From the NCBI GenBank assembly GCA_036172245.1, contig JAYWIR010000049.1, forward strand, positions 310,001 to 374,000: 64,000 bases of DNA, read 5' to 3'. The DNA comes from Raillietiella orientalis (lineage: Eukaryota). Both the position numbers and the translations under genes were made by a program. How positions within the stretch are numbered: the stretch's first letter is position 1; every line of letters begins with the position of its first letter. The notes beneath the pieces are model-generated. The model searched no databases. It was not told the DNA's origin and saw nothing but the letters and a program-made list of their open reading frames with translations. Positions 26,200-38,040 of this stretch are shown here, one piece after another.

Positions 26200-26830
26200 G
26201 CGAGTCATCGGAGCGATTTCTTTGAGAAGAGGTGCTCTTCGCAGAGAATTTGCATTGTTGTTTCCAAAAGTATCAGGCAGCTCTTATTCCCCTCTGGTAA
26301 GCTTCAGAAGTATGTATACAGTGTCTGGAGACTCGAACAGACACCCTTATTTTAAGGTGCAGCACTCGGTTCTTCGGAACGTTACTTGCAAACTGCGGCT
26401 ATGGAACATCTTGCCTAGTCCTGAGACTAGGATTGAGTGCTCTTGCCATGAAGCTCATTTCTCATCAAACAGCAGTTCGCCATCCTTCACTGTCAGTGCA
26501 CGGTTGCGGCTTCCCTCCTCCTTCTCTCTGCCGTCGCTCCCCGATGCACGCCGGAAGGTAGGAGCACTTCTGTTCAGGGTGTTGGTTAAGCGCAGGACCC
26601 TGGACAGAGTTGCTAGACTTGGTAGGCGATTTGTTGCTCGCTCCTTAGCGGGCTCCGACCTGTCTGATGTCAACATCCTGCCGTCCATAGCAACCGACCC
26701 TTTCCATGGGGCGCGGAGAGGGAGCGTGGCATCGGGTACGCCGCAACCCAACATCTGGATCGTCGTACAGCACCAGTCCAATTCACCTGAAGCTCTCAAG
26801 GATCTCGGCATCTCAAACATCAGCGTTTAA
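26200..26830 (+). mobile_element. LINE RT C-terminal/thumb fragment
   Basis: F.KVSG, KLRLWNILPSPETRI, LDRVARLGRRFV, EALKDLGISNI follow the L1-clade order F..SGL / KL..W...LS..R / RRF / GGLGI.N. Confidence 0.55.
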
Positions 26831-27693
26831 TCAGGCCAGACTCATGGTTCTCTGCAAGTCCGGGGACTAGTCGAGGTCACTTCAGACACGAGACCTTTAA
26901 TTGTTGTCTTTTCATTTTCCCTTTTCGTCCGCTTATGCAAGTGCCGGCTATTAAGAGTTGGCAGTAGTGATCGTGATTGGATGATCTTGACTGATGATGG
27001 CGATGTTGGCAACTTCAAGGAACTTCAGAAGGAACTGGTGCTACTACTAGATGGTCAGTGGCCGTCCACCGGTATATCCAGCTCTTGCGACCATTCGTCG
27101 TTCCCTGCACGTTTCAAAGCCTTCTAAGCTCACCTCCTCAATCATCACGGCTGCTGCAGCCCGAGGAACTTTTTCGCTTGGCAACACATGGCAAACGGGG
27201 GTGGCCGTCAACATTCTGCAAGGCACGAAGGAGGTGACCGAACTGTGAACGCCTGGCATTGTCATCTGTGCGACCCAGCTTGAGAATTTCCAGAAACACT
27301 AAAACAGGAATAAAATATAAAAAGCACGGTTCTAAAATAAAAACAGAAAAATCTCGAAAACACAGAGAGCAGACGCCACTAATGCAGTTACCGATAACAT
27401 GAAGGGACATTGACCAGTGTTCACTTTGGAACATAGCGGGGGGTCACTGAAGTGTTGAAAAAAATAAACCCTATGTAGCAGGAGGAACTGAGACCATTTT
27501 TTTTTCAAGCGAAGGTCACTTGTCGCTCGGATGTACACAGATATTCTCCTGAAACACAAAAACTTAACCAAAAATGAAACTGCTGGGAACAGATTTCATT
27601 TTGGAAGGACCAAAACATGCCAAAAAAGTTTAAAATATGAAACTCGTCGCCAATGGCTGCAATAGAATCACTCAAGTTCCAGGGGGAATGGCG

Positions 27694-28943
27694 CATATTT
27701 GGGCCTATCCAAAAGGTTCACTGAGACATTTGGTCTTGTCTACTGAAGCATTTTCGTCCTCGATAAAAGTGAAAAATCCACTGGGACATTTGATTTTGCC
27801 TAAAAGGTCAACTAAGAATTTGATACTGTCCAAAAGGTCCCGTTAGATATTAGGTCCCTTCTAAAAGGTTTCGACAAAAAGGTCCACTGAGGTATTTGGA
27901 CCTGTTCAAAAGATCCACCGAGTGATTTTATGCAATCAACGTCGACGTTTTTGATCCTTGAAATTTGGTTTTGTCTGAAACGCCTGCGCTTAAGAAGAAA
28001 TCTCGATACTGAGTTTTTATTACTAATGATGGAATTCGAAACCACAGTTCAGAACGCAGTTCGATCAATCCTAACAAATGGTCAAGTAAAAGGATGCTTG
28101 TTTCACTCTTCATAGTCATTATCTTCGCTTCTAAAACTCAAGTGTATGACAGAGGAAAGTAACACCCGTAAATGTGCATCCACGCTGTTTCGATTTCCCT
28201 TTGCCCTTGGAAGATGCGAATGAAACCTCAGAGCGGATTGCTGGGAATCCACAAGAAAAATTTGATGAAATAACGGACTAATCTGAAGGAAAGTTTGAGC
28301 TCAAAAGATGACCAGAAGCTCCCACCGAAAACTTGGGATGCCCATACATCAGTGCAGGACAGTGCCCTCACAGCACAAACCACGCAGTGGAAGGATGCCG
28401 TAGCAAATTTTAAAAGCTGATGGTAGTGCATTATCTCTCCAGATTTATTGAAGTGTAGCAGCTTGCAGATTTTTTTAAGTGTTAAAGAGCGAACAGCAAC
28501 TCATCACCCAGATTCTTGGTTGTCACACCCAAATACGACCACCAATTTCACGACTATATCGATAAAATCAAACACACACAGTCCAGATTGTTTCCAGAAG
28601 CAACGAATATGAAGCTGATAATCAGATCGTCATATACAATTGCTCGTCGACTCAAAAGCAATTCCTGCTCAGTTTGACGGCGAGGAAGAACGTAAATAAA
28701 GTCCGAAACTCATAATGAAGTAGGATAAAAACGACGTAAATAAAATTCGACGAAATCAAGTGCTTGCTTGAAGTATTTATGAGCCAAACACCGAATACGC
28801 TCATGGAACTTTTGAACAGGGCCTCTTGAGGACCTTTTGTCGTGGACCAAATGTCTCAGCGGATCTTTTAAAGAAGATTAAGTTTCAAGGACGCGCTGGC
28901 ATGGACCAAGTGTCTCAGAAAACCTTTGCGGCAGCACAAATAT
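27694..28943 (+). mobile_element. Non-autonomous Mutator-like (MULE) DNA transposon derivative
   Basis: Inverted ends built of ~31-bp subrepeats (aaaggt..ctgagaca.ttggtc) at 27694-27925 and 28805-28943. An internal decayed transposase fragment (28170-28455) reads LPLEDANE...QEKFDEITD*SE and PPKTWDAH...PHSTNHAVEGCRSKF...RFIE, resembling MULE C-terminal LP.EDV..AF / W......PRTNN.VEGWH..F motifs. Confidence 0.65.
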
Positions 28944-29449
28944 CCTGCAAGGATCCAGGATGGTTGCTTAATCATCTGCCTGATGCTGGATTTCTCCGCG
29001 TCACATCCTCCATTTGAGGAATCACTAGGAGCTTTTTCCAGAGGACCACACTTCCGCGAGTCAAGCGTGTATTCCTGCTATTCCGTGTGCTTGACAGGAC
29101 GGCAACGAGCTAACTGTAAGGGCCAGAACTGGATGCTGGTGAAGTGCGCTGCACGTCTACAGTGACACCCGGTTCTCCTTCTCGAATCTTGTTCAAAATC
29201 CGTGGTCCATATAATATTGATCCAAGAATTTGTCCCATCTTCCGACGCAACATTCCTTTCTGTGGTCGTGGAGGCCAGCGTCCTTGAGTTCTCGCCATCA
29301 TGCCGGCGCGTGCGGAGGAGAGAATTCCCCGAGCATTTCTTGAGGAATTTCTGCAGTTGTCAGCAACTCCTTTAGAATCAATCTTCAGCTTCCTTTCCGT
29401 AGGATCCCCTAGAAGGCAGAAGAGGTTGGTCATTCTGCGTGTCTGAAGT

Positions 29450-29600
29450 CACCGTGTGGCTGCAGTCTCCGCGCGTGGCATCAAGCGTTGCGGGTTCGAA
29501 TCCCGACCGGGGAAGGGTCGACGCCACAGAAATGGGTGTATCGTAAGTTTCAGATTGCTTCCACGAGACGACGCTGGTTGGATTCGGTTGGCTTCAGGCG
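29450..29600 (+). mobile_element. tRNA-derived head (SINE-like / LINE 5' module), truncated
   Basis: accgtgtggc...gcgcgtggca...GCGGGTTCGAATCCC (B box 29492-29504), then gaccggggaagggtcgac as in the other copies. Confidence 0.75.
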
Positions 29601-31269
29601 TCTCGTACGTTTCTAGAGGAAGTCACACTATGTATCCCTCTCCTAAGGATTGATTCTCTTTCACCTTTTCTTGGGAGAAACCTCACAAAAGTGCATTTAC
29701 CATCTTTGATCGAGGACCTCTTGCAATGATGGGCAAGGAAGCAGTGGAGGTGACTTAACTTCCTGCTTCCAGGTCCTCAGAACGGAATAAAAGCTCACCT
29801 GTTGCAAGAAGTATATGCACTCTTTAGGGCTAAACTCGAAAAACTGACACCATGAGCTGCTTCGTGCAGTCAAAGTGTCTTCTCTTTCAGATTGCGCCAA
29901 AGAATCAGTTGATGTTCAGATAAGCTGGGAAATAGGTCGGGTCCGAGAAACATTTTCGGTCTCATCCATTTTTTGTTTTTTCCTTTGACGTCGACAAAGC
30001 AACGGACTTGCAGTAGACCCGAGAAAACCATCAGCCGAGTGGCAGCGCTGAAGTTCAAGAAGACACAAAGGGATGGAAACGGAGAGATCAAACGCTAACA
30101 CGGTGTTTTCGTGGAAGAAAATGCACAACATTGATGGACAAACTGAGTTGCAAGCACCAGGTGCTCCTCGCAAAAACAACATATACCATACGATTGAGAC
30201 ATGCTGCAAGAAAGAAACGTTTCCATCAAAGGCAAGTTGATCTGTTCCTCCTACGGAAAATAGCAAAGTGGGTACTCCTTTGCCAGCAAAGTGAACAGCT
30301 GATTCTCTGTGCTTTCTTTCTTTCCTTAGCCTTCCAGTATCTCTACAGAAGATTCGTAGGGCAAGAAATACACGATTCTTCTGCTTTCCTGCTGCACGAA
30401 GTACCAACCCGAGTCGTGGTTTCCGACTTGGAATCCCTAGCTTTCCTAAGTGCAGTGGCGCCGTGGTTCGTTTACCACACAGGCTTGGACATGTAGCGCT
30501 GCCATGACTCGAGCAAAGCTGACGTGCCCTGTGTGCTTGATGAGGACAATGAGTGGGCAGCTGCTAATAAAATTGGTTGCTCCCCGCCCGGCAGTATGGA
30601 ACATACTCGAGGAATAAGAAATCAAATGGAGTGAGTAACAGAGAAGCAAAGATGCATTTCGTACTCTTTTTACCTTCCATATGAAGCTCAATTTGAGAGA
30701 CGATTTCCGCAAATCCAATTCACGCTTAGGAAAGCAAACAGGGCTGCCAGAACCTATCTTGCTTACCTGAACCGGCTTACAAGTGTGGCTGCTACGCGAT
30801 CAGGTAAGGATATTTTATTCACCTAAATGAGAGACACATATGTGAACAATCATTATGAATGGGAAATTAGCATCCAAGAGATGGGGTCCAGACCAGAAGC
30901 GTTGCTGAACCCTCACTGTCTCCATAGGTCAAAGAGGCAAAAGAGAGGGTCCATAGATGAAAGAGATATATCCATATTAGTTCGCTGTATGCTCGATTTC
31001 TGTCATGAAAATATTATTTTGATATTTTGTAGGGACCGTAAGAAAAAAAAAACATTGAGAAGGTGCGTACTGTGCTCTTGCCAAGTCATGCCCCTCGTAG
31101 CAAGCAGATTGCCAGGGGCAACGGACTCAGTGATGGTCCGGCCCACATCTGCTGGAGTGCCACCACAGCGGCTGCGCGCAAATATGTGGAGCTCAGGATC
31201 GGAATCATGAATGGCTCGTGAGAGCAGTCTCTCTCCTTCAAGAAATCCCCAGTGCTAGGCACGGCCAGG

Positions 31270-32120
31270 CGGAGTGTCCCAGGAAATCATCAGCACGTTC
31301 ATGGAAAGTTCCGAGAAATCCGTCGACCTTGGCCTGCTCCCCTTTGCTGTAGAGTCTGCAGAGTGCCCCACCTCGAAGACTTTTGCGCTCGGCTGAACTA
31401 CTGGATATACCGGACAAAGATCTGCTGCGGCCTCAAGTCCTCTTAGACATCCAGACTCTCCCCTTGAAGTGGCAGGAGTCGGCGTTAATGCTGCTGCACT
31501 GAGGCCTCCCGTGCAGCGTCTGCCGGCATCACTGAACACGGGAGGGGGTGCACCCGAGCTGTGGCAGGTACGGAGAGCGGGAATCTCTCCTGCACCTGCT
31601 AGAGGACTGTGCTGCCCTCCGGCCTCTGTTAGAACGCCTTGCCGCGACTCTGGGAACCCCCAGCGGCAACTCCAAGGACTCTGTATGACCACTCGTCCTA
31701 TCCAACGCTCTTTGGCCGGCAGCCTCGCAAGTAGCTCTTTGCTGCCTACACGAGGCTGTAGCTGCCTGGATCGACTCAAGATGACGGAGCGAGAGGGATG
31801 CCATCCACTTTGCCGACCTCTCCATAAAGATGGCATCAAGATGACCCCACCTGGAAAGCAGCATCTAGCCAAGAGCTTGCCTGAATCCTCCAAAGGATGC
31901 TGAGGATCATGAGGACGTGATGCTTTCCCACATACCCGTGAAGCTTCTTTCTTTCTTTCTTTTTGTTTCCTTTTCTGTTTGTTTGTCCCCACTTCTCTGT
32001 TGTCTAGAACCTCGCCGTTCTGAGTGCCGGCAACTAGGTAGGTTCCTTTGGAAATGGAAGTGGTTGGTCCACTGGTCCAACCACACGGGTTGTGTATTTT
32101 TATTTTTAAAGGGAATAAAC
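31270..32120 (+). mobile_element. Decayed LINE ORF2 3' end, duplicate of 18310-19070
   Basis: Offset 13050, near-identical core including LKWQESALMLLH. Confidence 0.85.
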
Positions 32121-32169
32121 GGACCGATGCCCCAGATTGATAATCCAGACGGCCTCTGTTCTTCGCCGG

Positions 32170-34127
32170 ACCACAAATTCCGCTGCCCTTGATATTCGTG
32201 ATGCAAAGCCGGTTCCTCTGCAGCATGCCCAAGCGAGCGAAACTTCCAAGCCGAGATTGTGGATCGGGAAGCGGGATCAGACTGCAGAGAACCTCGTTCC
32301 CACCTGTCAATTGGATGGCTCGGAATTCTTCGGGGAAACCTCAAGTCCCTACCTTTCTGCAGAGAACTGCGGCAGGGATGCAAGCGCGTCACTAAGACTC
32401 TTCGCTTCCCGGAAGCTGTAGAAGGAAGCCTGCACATTTCCGGTTGCCTCCCCTCCGGGAAGTCCTCGTCTTCTTGAGAGCGGCGGTGACAGCGAGGATG
32501 GAGAAAAGGTGTGGCTGTCGAAGAGACGAAGAGAGAACCGTTCGCATTGCCCAACGCCAATATGGAAGCGCCTTGATATGTCCCCAATCTTGAGCGTGAG
32601 GTTCTGCTGTAACTTGGGATGCTCGAAGTCAGGAATGACTTGACCTTGAAAGGATGGCGCTAAAACCGAGGAGGAGAAGCGCCGTCTAGAAACCGACGGG
32701 CGGTTGCTGGACTGCTATGCATCGAGCCGCCTTGCCCGTGGCCAGGGTGCCGCGTCAGATGTGCGGAGAGCCCGGAAGCTACCGTCCCATCTCCCGAGGG
32801 TTCCGACCTTCGTCTGCTTCTTTATCTCCGTCTCGCCCTTCTTAGACTGGTGCGCTGCTCCTCCCTCCTTGGGAAGCGGCGACCACGTGATTGCTCGCGC
32901 TTTAGACTGCAGCCGGGTCATCTGCCTGAAAGTATGTCCCGTGGCGCCACAGGAGCAGTTGGTCATCCTCCGCTTTCAGGAAAGGACTCCTCAGAAAGGC
33001 TTGAAGGGGAGCACTCAGAGATGCGGCGTGCGACCAAGACTCCAGCCCATGGAGGGCTGTGGCGATGGTGCACATGCAGCATCTCGTCGCGATCACGGCT
33101 CCTGTCCGGAGTCTCACCGCAGCATGTAATGGGCGATGTCTTCCTGGTGCAATAGCGCTGAAGAAAGAATCCATCACTGCTCTTCGCTAAGCACTTCAGA
33201 GCCGGTCGCGTGCCTCACGGCGCACGTGGCTTTCTGTACACATTAAACAGTTTTGTTTCCACGCCTCTCCGCCCGCGGCAACCCTCAGGGGGGCGTATAA
33301 TTCTTCAGTGTAATTTTCTTCATCTTCAGTGCAATTTTCTTCAGGATAGGAGGGCACCCCGGATGGGGTCCGCTCTATGAATCCAGGAAGGGCTCGGAAT
33401 CCGTTCCTCTCACTCTTGGGGAGGAATCCCCCCGGACGGGGGGGATCGCACCTCCAACCCTGGTTGTCTCCGAAGGGGAAACCCGAAGGGAATCTCCTTC
33501 CTCATTCTCTCCGGAGGGACACCCCCTGGGAGGGGGGTGGTCCTCCATTTCAACTTCTCTGAAGGGAACTCGGAAAAGATCTGCTAGCAGGAATTTCTTC
33601 TCCAGAGGGAACTCGCAAGGGAACCGCTCCTGTTCACTCCTCTGAAGAGAACCCCGAAGGGAAGCTTCCGAAACTCAAGGGGCGTTGCAGATTCCCGCAG
33701 GGAATCGCTCTCGCTTGCTTTCTTGTGCACACTCTGTGAAGAGGTGACGACTCGGAGGCACCCCCCAACAGGGCGGGTCCGCTCCTTTGAACAACTGCAG
33801 AGGTGCCCGTGAGGGCTCCTGCTCCATCTTGAAACCAGAGGCGGTTCCCCGGTGACGGGGGTCCACTCTCCGTTGCACACCGGAGGGGAACTCCCCACTA
33901 CTTGATACCTGGAAGGACCCAAAGTTAGACTCCCATTGTTCTGGCTTTCATCGGTGGTTTACGGCTTAATCCACCGCCGGTGCCACGCCCGAATGATTAG
34001 GCCAATTAGCGCCGTTGCAGGAGGAAATCGGAACCCAACGACGCAGTGGCGTCAGTTTCTGCTGGAGTATTCGAACCCGCGACGCATGTGCCACGCGCGG
34101 AAGCCTTAACCACAAGGCCTCCGACGC
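32170..34127 (-). mobile_element. 5' portion of a LINE: tRNA-like head, ~0.9-kb 5' region, decayed ORF1, start of ORF2 endonuclease
   Basis: Head GCGTCGGAGGCCTTGTGGTTAAGGC...GTCGCGGGTTCGAATA (34062-34127); ORF start MDSF...HQEDIA at ~33174; knuckle-like NCSCGATGH at ~32940; RLCITNIKG (APE-start-like) at ~32200. Confidence 0.6.
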
Positions 34128-34892
34128 TGCTCTTTGAGGGAGCTGCGGTTGAACAACAGGTTAAGGAACGAGTCTGTCCACATTTTGCCCTGAGACTCCT
34201 CCCTCGTATTTCGTATCCCAGATTGTGTGGGCTACAGAGGGACCCGGAGTATTCTGCTGCCGCACTCACATCCTAGCTGGCCGAGGGGTTCTTGTCCGTC
34301 TCTTGCTGGAGAATCCCAGCAGTCTCCCAGCACCTATTTATCTTTTCCTCCATGCCCTATGCTCCCGCTCTACGGCACTGCGCCTGGAAGCGATTGTACC
34401 CTTAGGTGGCTATCGGAGATCCCCCACTGCTCGTTCTTCTTGGAAGATGGTCAGCATGAACGCAACGAGTGAGCCAGAAGAGGTGAGACATTTGTCTGTG
34501 CAGAGCTTGGTGGAAAAACTGACCCAACCCCATTACTCACCTACTGTCTTTAACTCCTTAGTCACTTTCAGTCTTGTCAATACGGTCACCATCGCAACCG
34601 TACCCTTCCATTGCTACTCAACCAATAGATTGCTGGAGCTACTCGAGCTCAACTCACAGAACTACTCAAAATTGCTCCAGGATACGCGAGAGCTGACAGC
34701 TTCAAGTTCTCATCTCTCCCACGCCCACTCTATTCCCGGACTGCTCCGAAAGATCCTCCATGGAATCACTTCCTTTCCCGAGCCACAGATGGCAACTGAG
34801 CCGCAACTGTGTGGCTGAAGAAAATGAGGATGCGGTTATGAAATAATGAAGTAGCGTTTCAATCTACGGAACATCCAAACGACCGATGCGGT

Positions 34893-35050
34893 GGAATGTT
34901 TCCAAGAAGCTCTGGATGTTTCCAAGTAACGTTGGATGCTTCCAAAGAACGTCACAATGTTTTTGAAAAGCGTTGGAGTTTCCAAGAAGCGTTTTTCGTT
35001 CCCAAAGAACATTGAAATGTTTTCAAGGATCGTTGGATGTTTCCAAGGAG
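34893..35050 (+). repeat. Degenerate ~20-bp minisatellite (GGATGTTTCCAAGAA-CGTT-like), ~8 units
   Basis: Periodic tgtttccaag / cgttgga. Confidence 0.8.
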
Positions 35051-35210
35051 AGTTTCATTCACACCTTGAGATCATCAGGCACGGAACAAAAATGAATCTA
35101 GTAAAGATAGGCAAAGAATTGGCAGTGACGGAGGGCCGCAGCACTGGAATGTTGTTGAGATCCGCAGAGTGCACGGCTATTGTCTGTTCTTTTATGACAT
35201 CAAGGAATTC

Positions 35211-35802
35211 TGTTGGTTACGCATGAGGACATTTTGCAGTAGCAACCGATCATGAGGGAGTTCTCATGGTTAGCCCTCCTAAGTTCTAGGCCGTGTACCC
35301 GAACCGGGAAACTCTGCTCGATTACGTAGAGTACCATCACTACAAGGGCATTTCTTGGTTGCGAGTGAGTAGCTTTTCTACGTACAATGGTAATACAAGT
35401 GACTGCAGGTAGGCAAAAATAACCAATGACCACGAGATTGACTATCAGCCAGCGTAACTAACTTGCTATCTCTTCCTATTATGAGCGCAGTAGGATTGCA
35501 TCTCACTGTGCAACTGAACCATCTGACTATACCCTCGCATGAGCTACCTATGCTCTTAGCAAGACGATATCCCACTGCATGCTGAGTCATCTCCAGTATA
35601 CGCGTTCCTCAACGGCTCAAGACAGCAGGAAGGCGAGCGGACCTATGTTGCTAAGAACCATGTCATGGAGAATGGATGACGGTAACCTAAACGGCGTTCA
35701 CGCGTTGCAATCAACAGAATAAATCTTCTTCATCCTCAACCATTTGTTACTCTACGGGCAGCCAACGCTTGCTACCACGCGCTACGCTATCAATACTGGC
35801 GC
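35211..35802 (+). mobile_element. Possible LTR followed by partial primer-binding site
   Basis: Starts TGTTGG, has internal AATAAA (~35718), ends TATCA, then TGGCGC at 35797. No second LTR or TSD seen. Confidence 0.3.
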
Positions 35803-36199
35803 GAAATCGATACTGCATCCACAATGGAATAAGAGGTTATTATCGAGAGAGCATTCTTTCTTGGTACATGAGTTTCGTGCTTCGTTTGGAGCTCATCAAA
35901 TGCAACTGATCTGATGAGAATTTAGCATTTTCCTCCTTTCTTTACTTGTCATCCTCCTTTCTGATCACGAGCAGCTTCTTATGCCACTTAGCACACGTTC
36001 AGCAAATCCATCCCTCTGAGGAACGGATACTTCCTCTTCGGATAAAATCCTCAAGAGTCCAACAAAGGAGGAAGAATCGAGATGAAAATATCTCGAGTTC
36101 ATAGGCGCTCCGATGAATTTTTTGTTTTCCCCACCGACGGCGAGGACGGCACAGCACTCTGGACTCGCAGAAGAACCGCAATTACACACTAGAATCGAT

Positions 36200-37400
36200 T
36201 CCTGGGAATGCAGGGGAGATGCTTCCAGCAGAGAAAGCACGGGGCTCTCATCTTGAAGAGCAGGTTTTCGGCCCGCTCAAAGAGTATCGAACTTCGGCCT
36301 GCCTTTCCTACGGAGTCCGACCTTAATAGAAACCGTCCTACTGTCCATGGCAACCAACACGTGCCCTGGGACCTGATGCCGCAAATCGACCCGTTCCGTT
36401 CATCCCACAGCTCCCGTTCTGCTAGCCAAAATGGGCTCCCAGGAACCTGGAAGATCGAGCTTCCTCCTTCAATCGACCCGCGCTCCCTACCCAACTGAAA
36501 ATCGGGAGCGAGTCGAGGTCATCACCGTACCCAAAAGTTCCAATCGTTCGCTTTACCGGAGGGGAAATCCCCTTCCGCGTTGACGGGCGCCACCTACCAT
36601 GAGGGAAACCTCAGCAAGAAGCCAGATGGTTCGGTAACGCAGATTACTCCCCCTGCTCCCAATGTGCCACGACCCACTCGCGCCGCGAGATCGCTGCGAA
36701 CCCGCGCCAGAGCTTCCTCCGGCTTCGTTTCTGGTCAGGAACCAGCTTCACCAGCATGCGCCGGGTACGACAACGCAGCTTCGGAACGAGGTCAGGTCAC
36801 GGAATCCAGTCGACGCTCGATGCCCCTTGCTTGCCGAGACGAGCGGTTTCTTCCGCGTGCACTCTATGGAGCGGTGGAGCCCGCCGATGCAGAGTGAAAT
36901 TCAGCATGCCTTTCACCCACCCCGTTGCGGCAGTGCCAACGGCAAGATGGACATCCTGGAGAGTGCTGTAACCCGAGTACGCCTTGGACCACCGGGTTTT
37001 CCGCTCTTTCCTATGGCTTGCCACCCAAAGTTCTGTGCCCCAGCAGACCCCAGGGAGCCTCTGCGTTTGGAAACTTGGAAGCGAGCAGGAGAGGTCAAAG
37101 TTCAAGCAGTCCTCCCGCCAACCAGCCATTCTCGAACCATCCGTTCGAGTTCCTCTCGGAGCTCGGCTGGCCCTCACCGGAGCGCGTGGGAAGCGACCAG
37201 CCTGCACCTCGATTCCCCATCGCTCCTCGCAATCGAATGAAACCTCATCCGAGATCGGCCAGGTCCCCATGGTACCCTTCCGTCCCTCGCCCTTTGCGAC
37301 TCATCGAGGAAAGAAATCGGGTGGTGTCCGTATTCTGCATATCGTGCTCCGGAGCGTGCCTTCCTGGGGGTCAAACTAATCGAATTTGTCAATCGGCGTC
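36200..37400 (+). mobile_element. Decayed LINE ORF1-ORF2 (endonuclease) junction
   Basis: TVHGNQHVPWDL and LPN...YPKVPIVRFT (ORF1-like), then KFCAPADPRE (YAP motif-like) and VGSD (GGDFN-like). Confidence 0.4.
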
Positions 37401-37499
37401 GCTCGTCTTCGCAGCCTGTTGATAAAGGCACCCCGGTTCCCAGGAACGGAGTGGGAGGGGTCTGCCGACGAGAAAGTGCATAAGACGGAACGGCACCCA

Positions 37500-38040
37500 G
37501 GACGGGAAGTGAAAGCCGGGACACAGTGCAACAGCATTCAAAACAGCGAGTGATATCGAGGACGAAAGGAGACATTCAGGATGGATTGCAGCATTCAGAA
37601 AATAGTGCGGCATCCGTAACGGGTTCAGCATAGGGAGTGAGATTCGGAACAGAGAGAGGCATCCAGAGGATAGTGCAGCATACAGGAAAGAAAGTCACAT
37701 AAAAAATAGAAAGTGGAATTGCAGACTGAGTGCGGTAGCTAGGACAGAGAGCGGCATCCGGAACAGAGAGCAACATCCTGGGCCGATAAAGGCGTTCAGG
37801 TCATGGTGTGGCATCCAAAACAGGGAATGGAATTCAGGAAAGATAGAGGTATTCTAGGAAGACAGCGATATTCAGGACAGAGAGCAGTATCCAGGACAAA
37901 GAGTAGAATTCAAAGCACAGAGAGGTCTCCCAAACAGAGTGCAGTATTCCGAATAGAGAGTGGCATCCAGTATGGAGAGGGGAATTTTGGACAGAGAGGA
38001 GCATCCAGGATACAGTGAGGCATTCCGGACAGAGTGACAT
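37500..38040 (+). repeat. Degenerate ~20-bp minisatellite (GGACAGAGAGCAGCATCCA-like)
   Basis: Repeated acagagag...gcatcc/attc units over ~540 bp. Confidence 0.75.

Noticed and set aside
29700..30800. Spliced gene fragment
   Set aside because: Candidate exons on both strands contain stops or give unrecognisable peptides.
31255..32310. Longest ORF (351 aa, minus) as a gene
   Set aside because: It crosses the junction of two opposed LINE fragments, and most of it is antisense to a decayed ORF2 3' end and its T-rich UTR.
34225..34818. 197-aa ORF as a host gene
   Set aside because: No recognisable domain, and its start abuts repeat sequence. It cannot be supported without expression or homology data.
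35892..35920. Hammerhead ribozyme core (CTGATGA)
   Set aside because: No properly placed GAAA or stems; only a small local hairpin.
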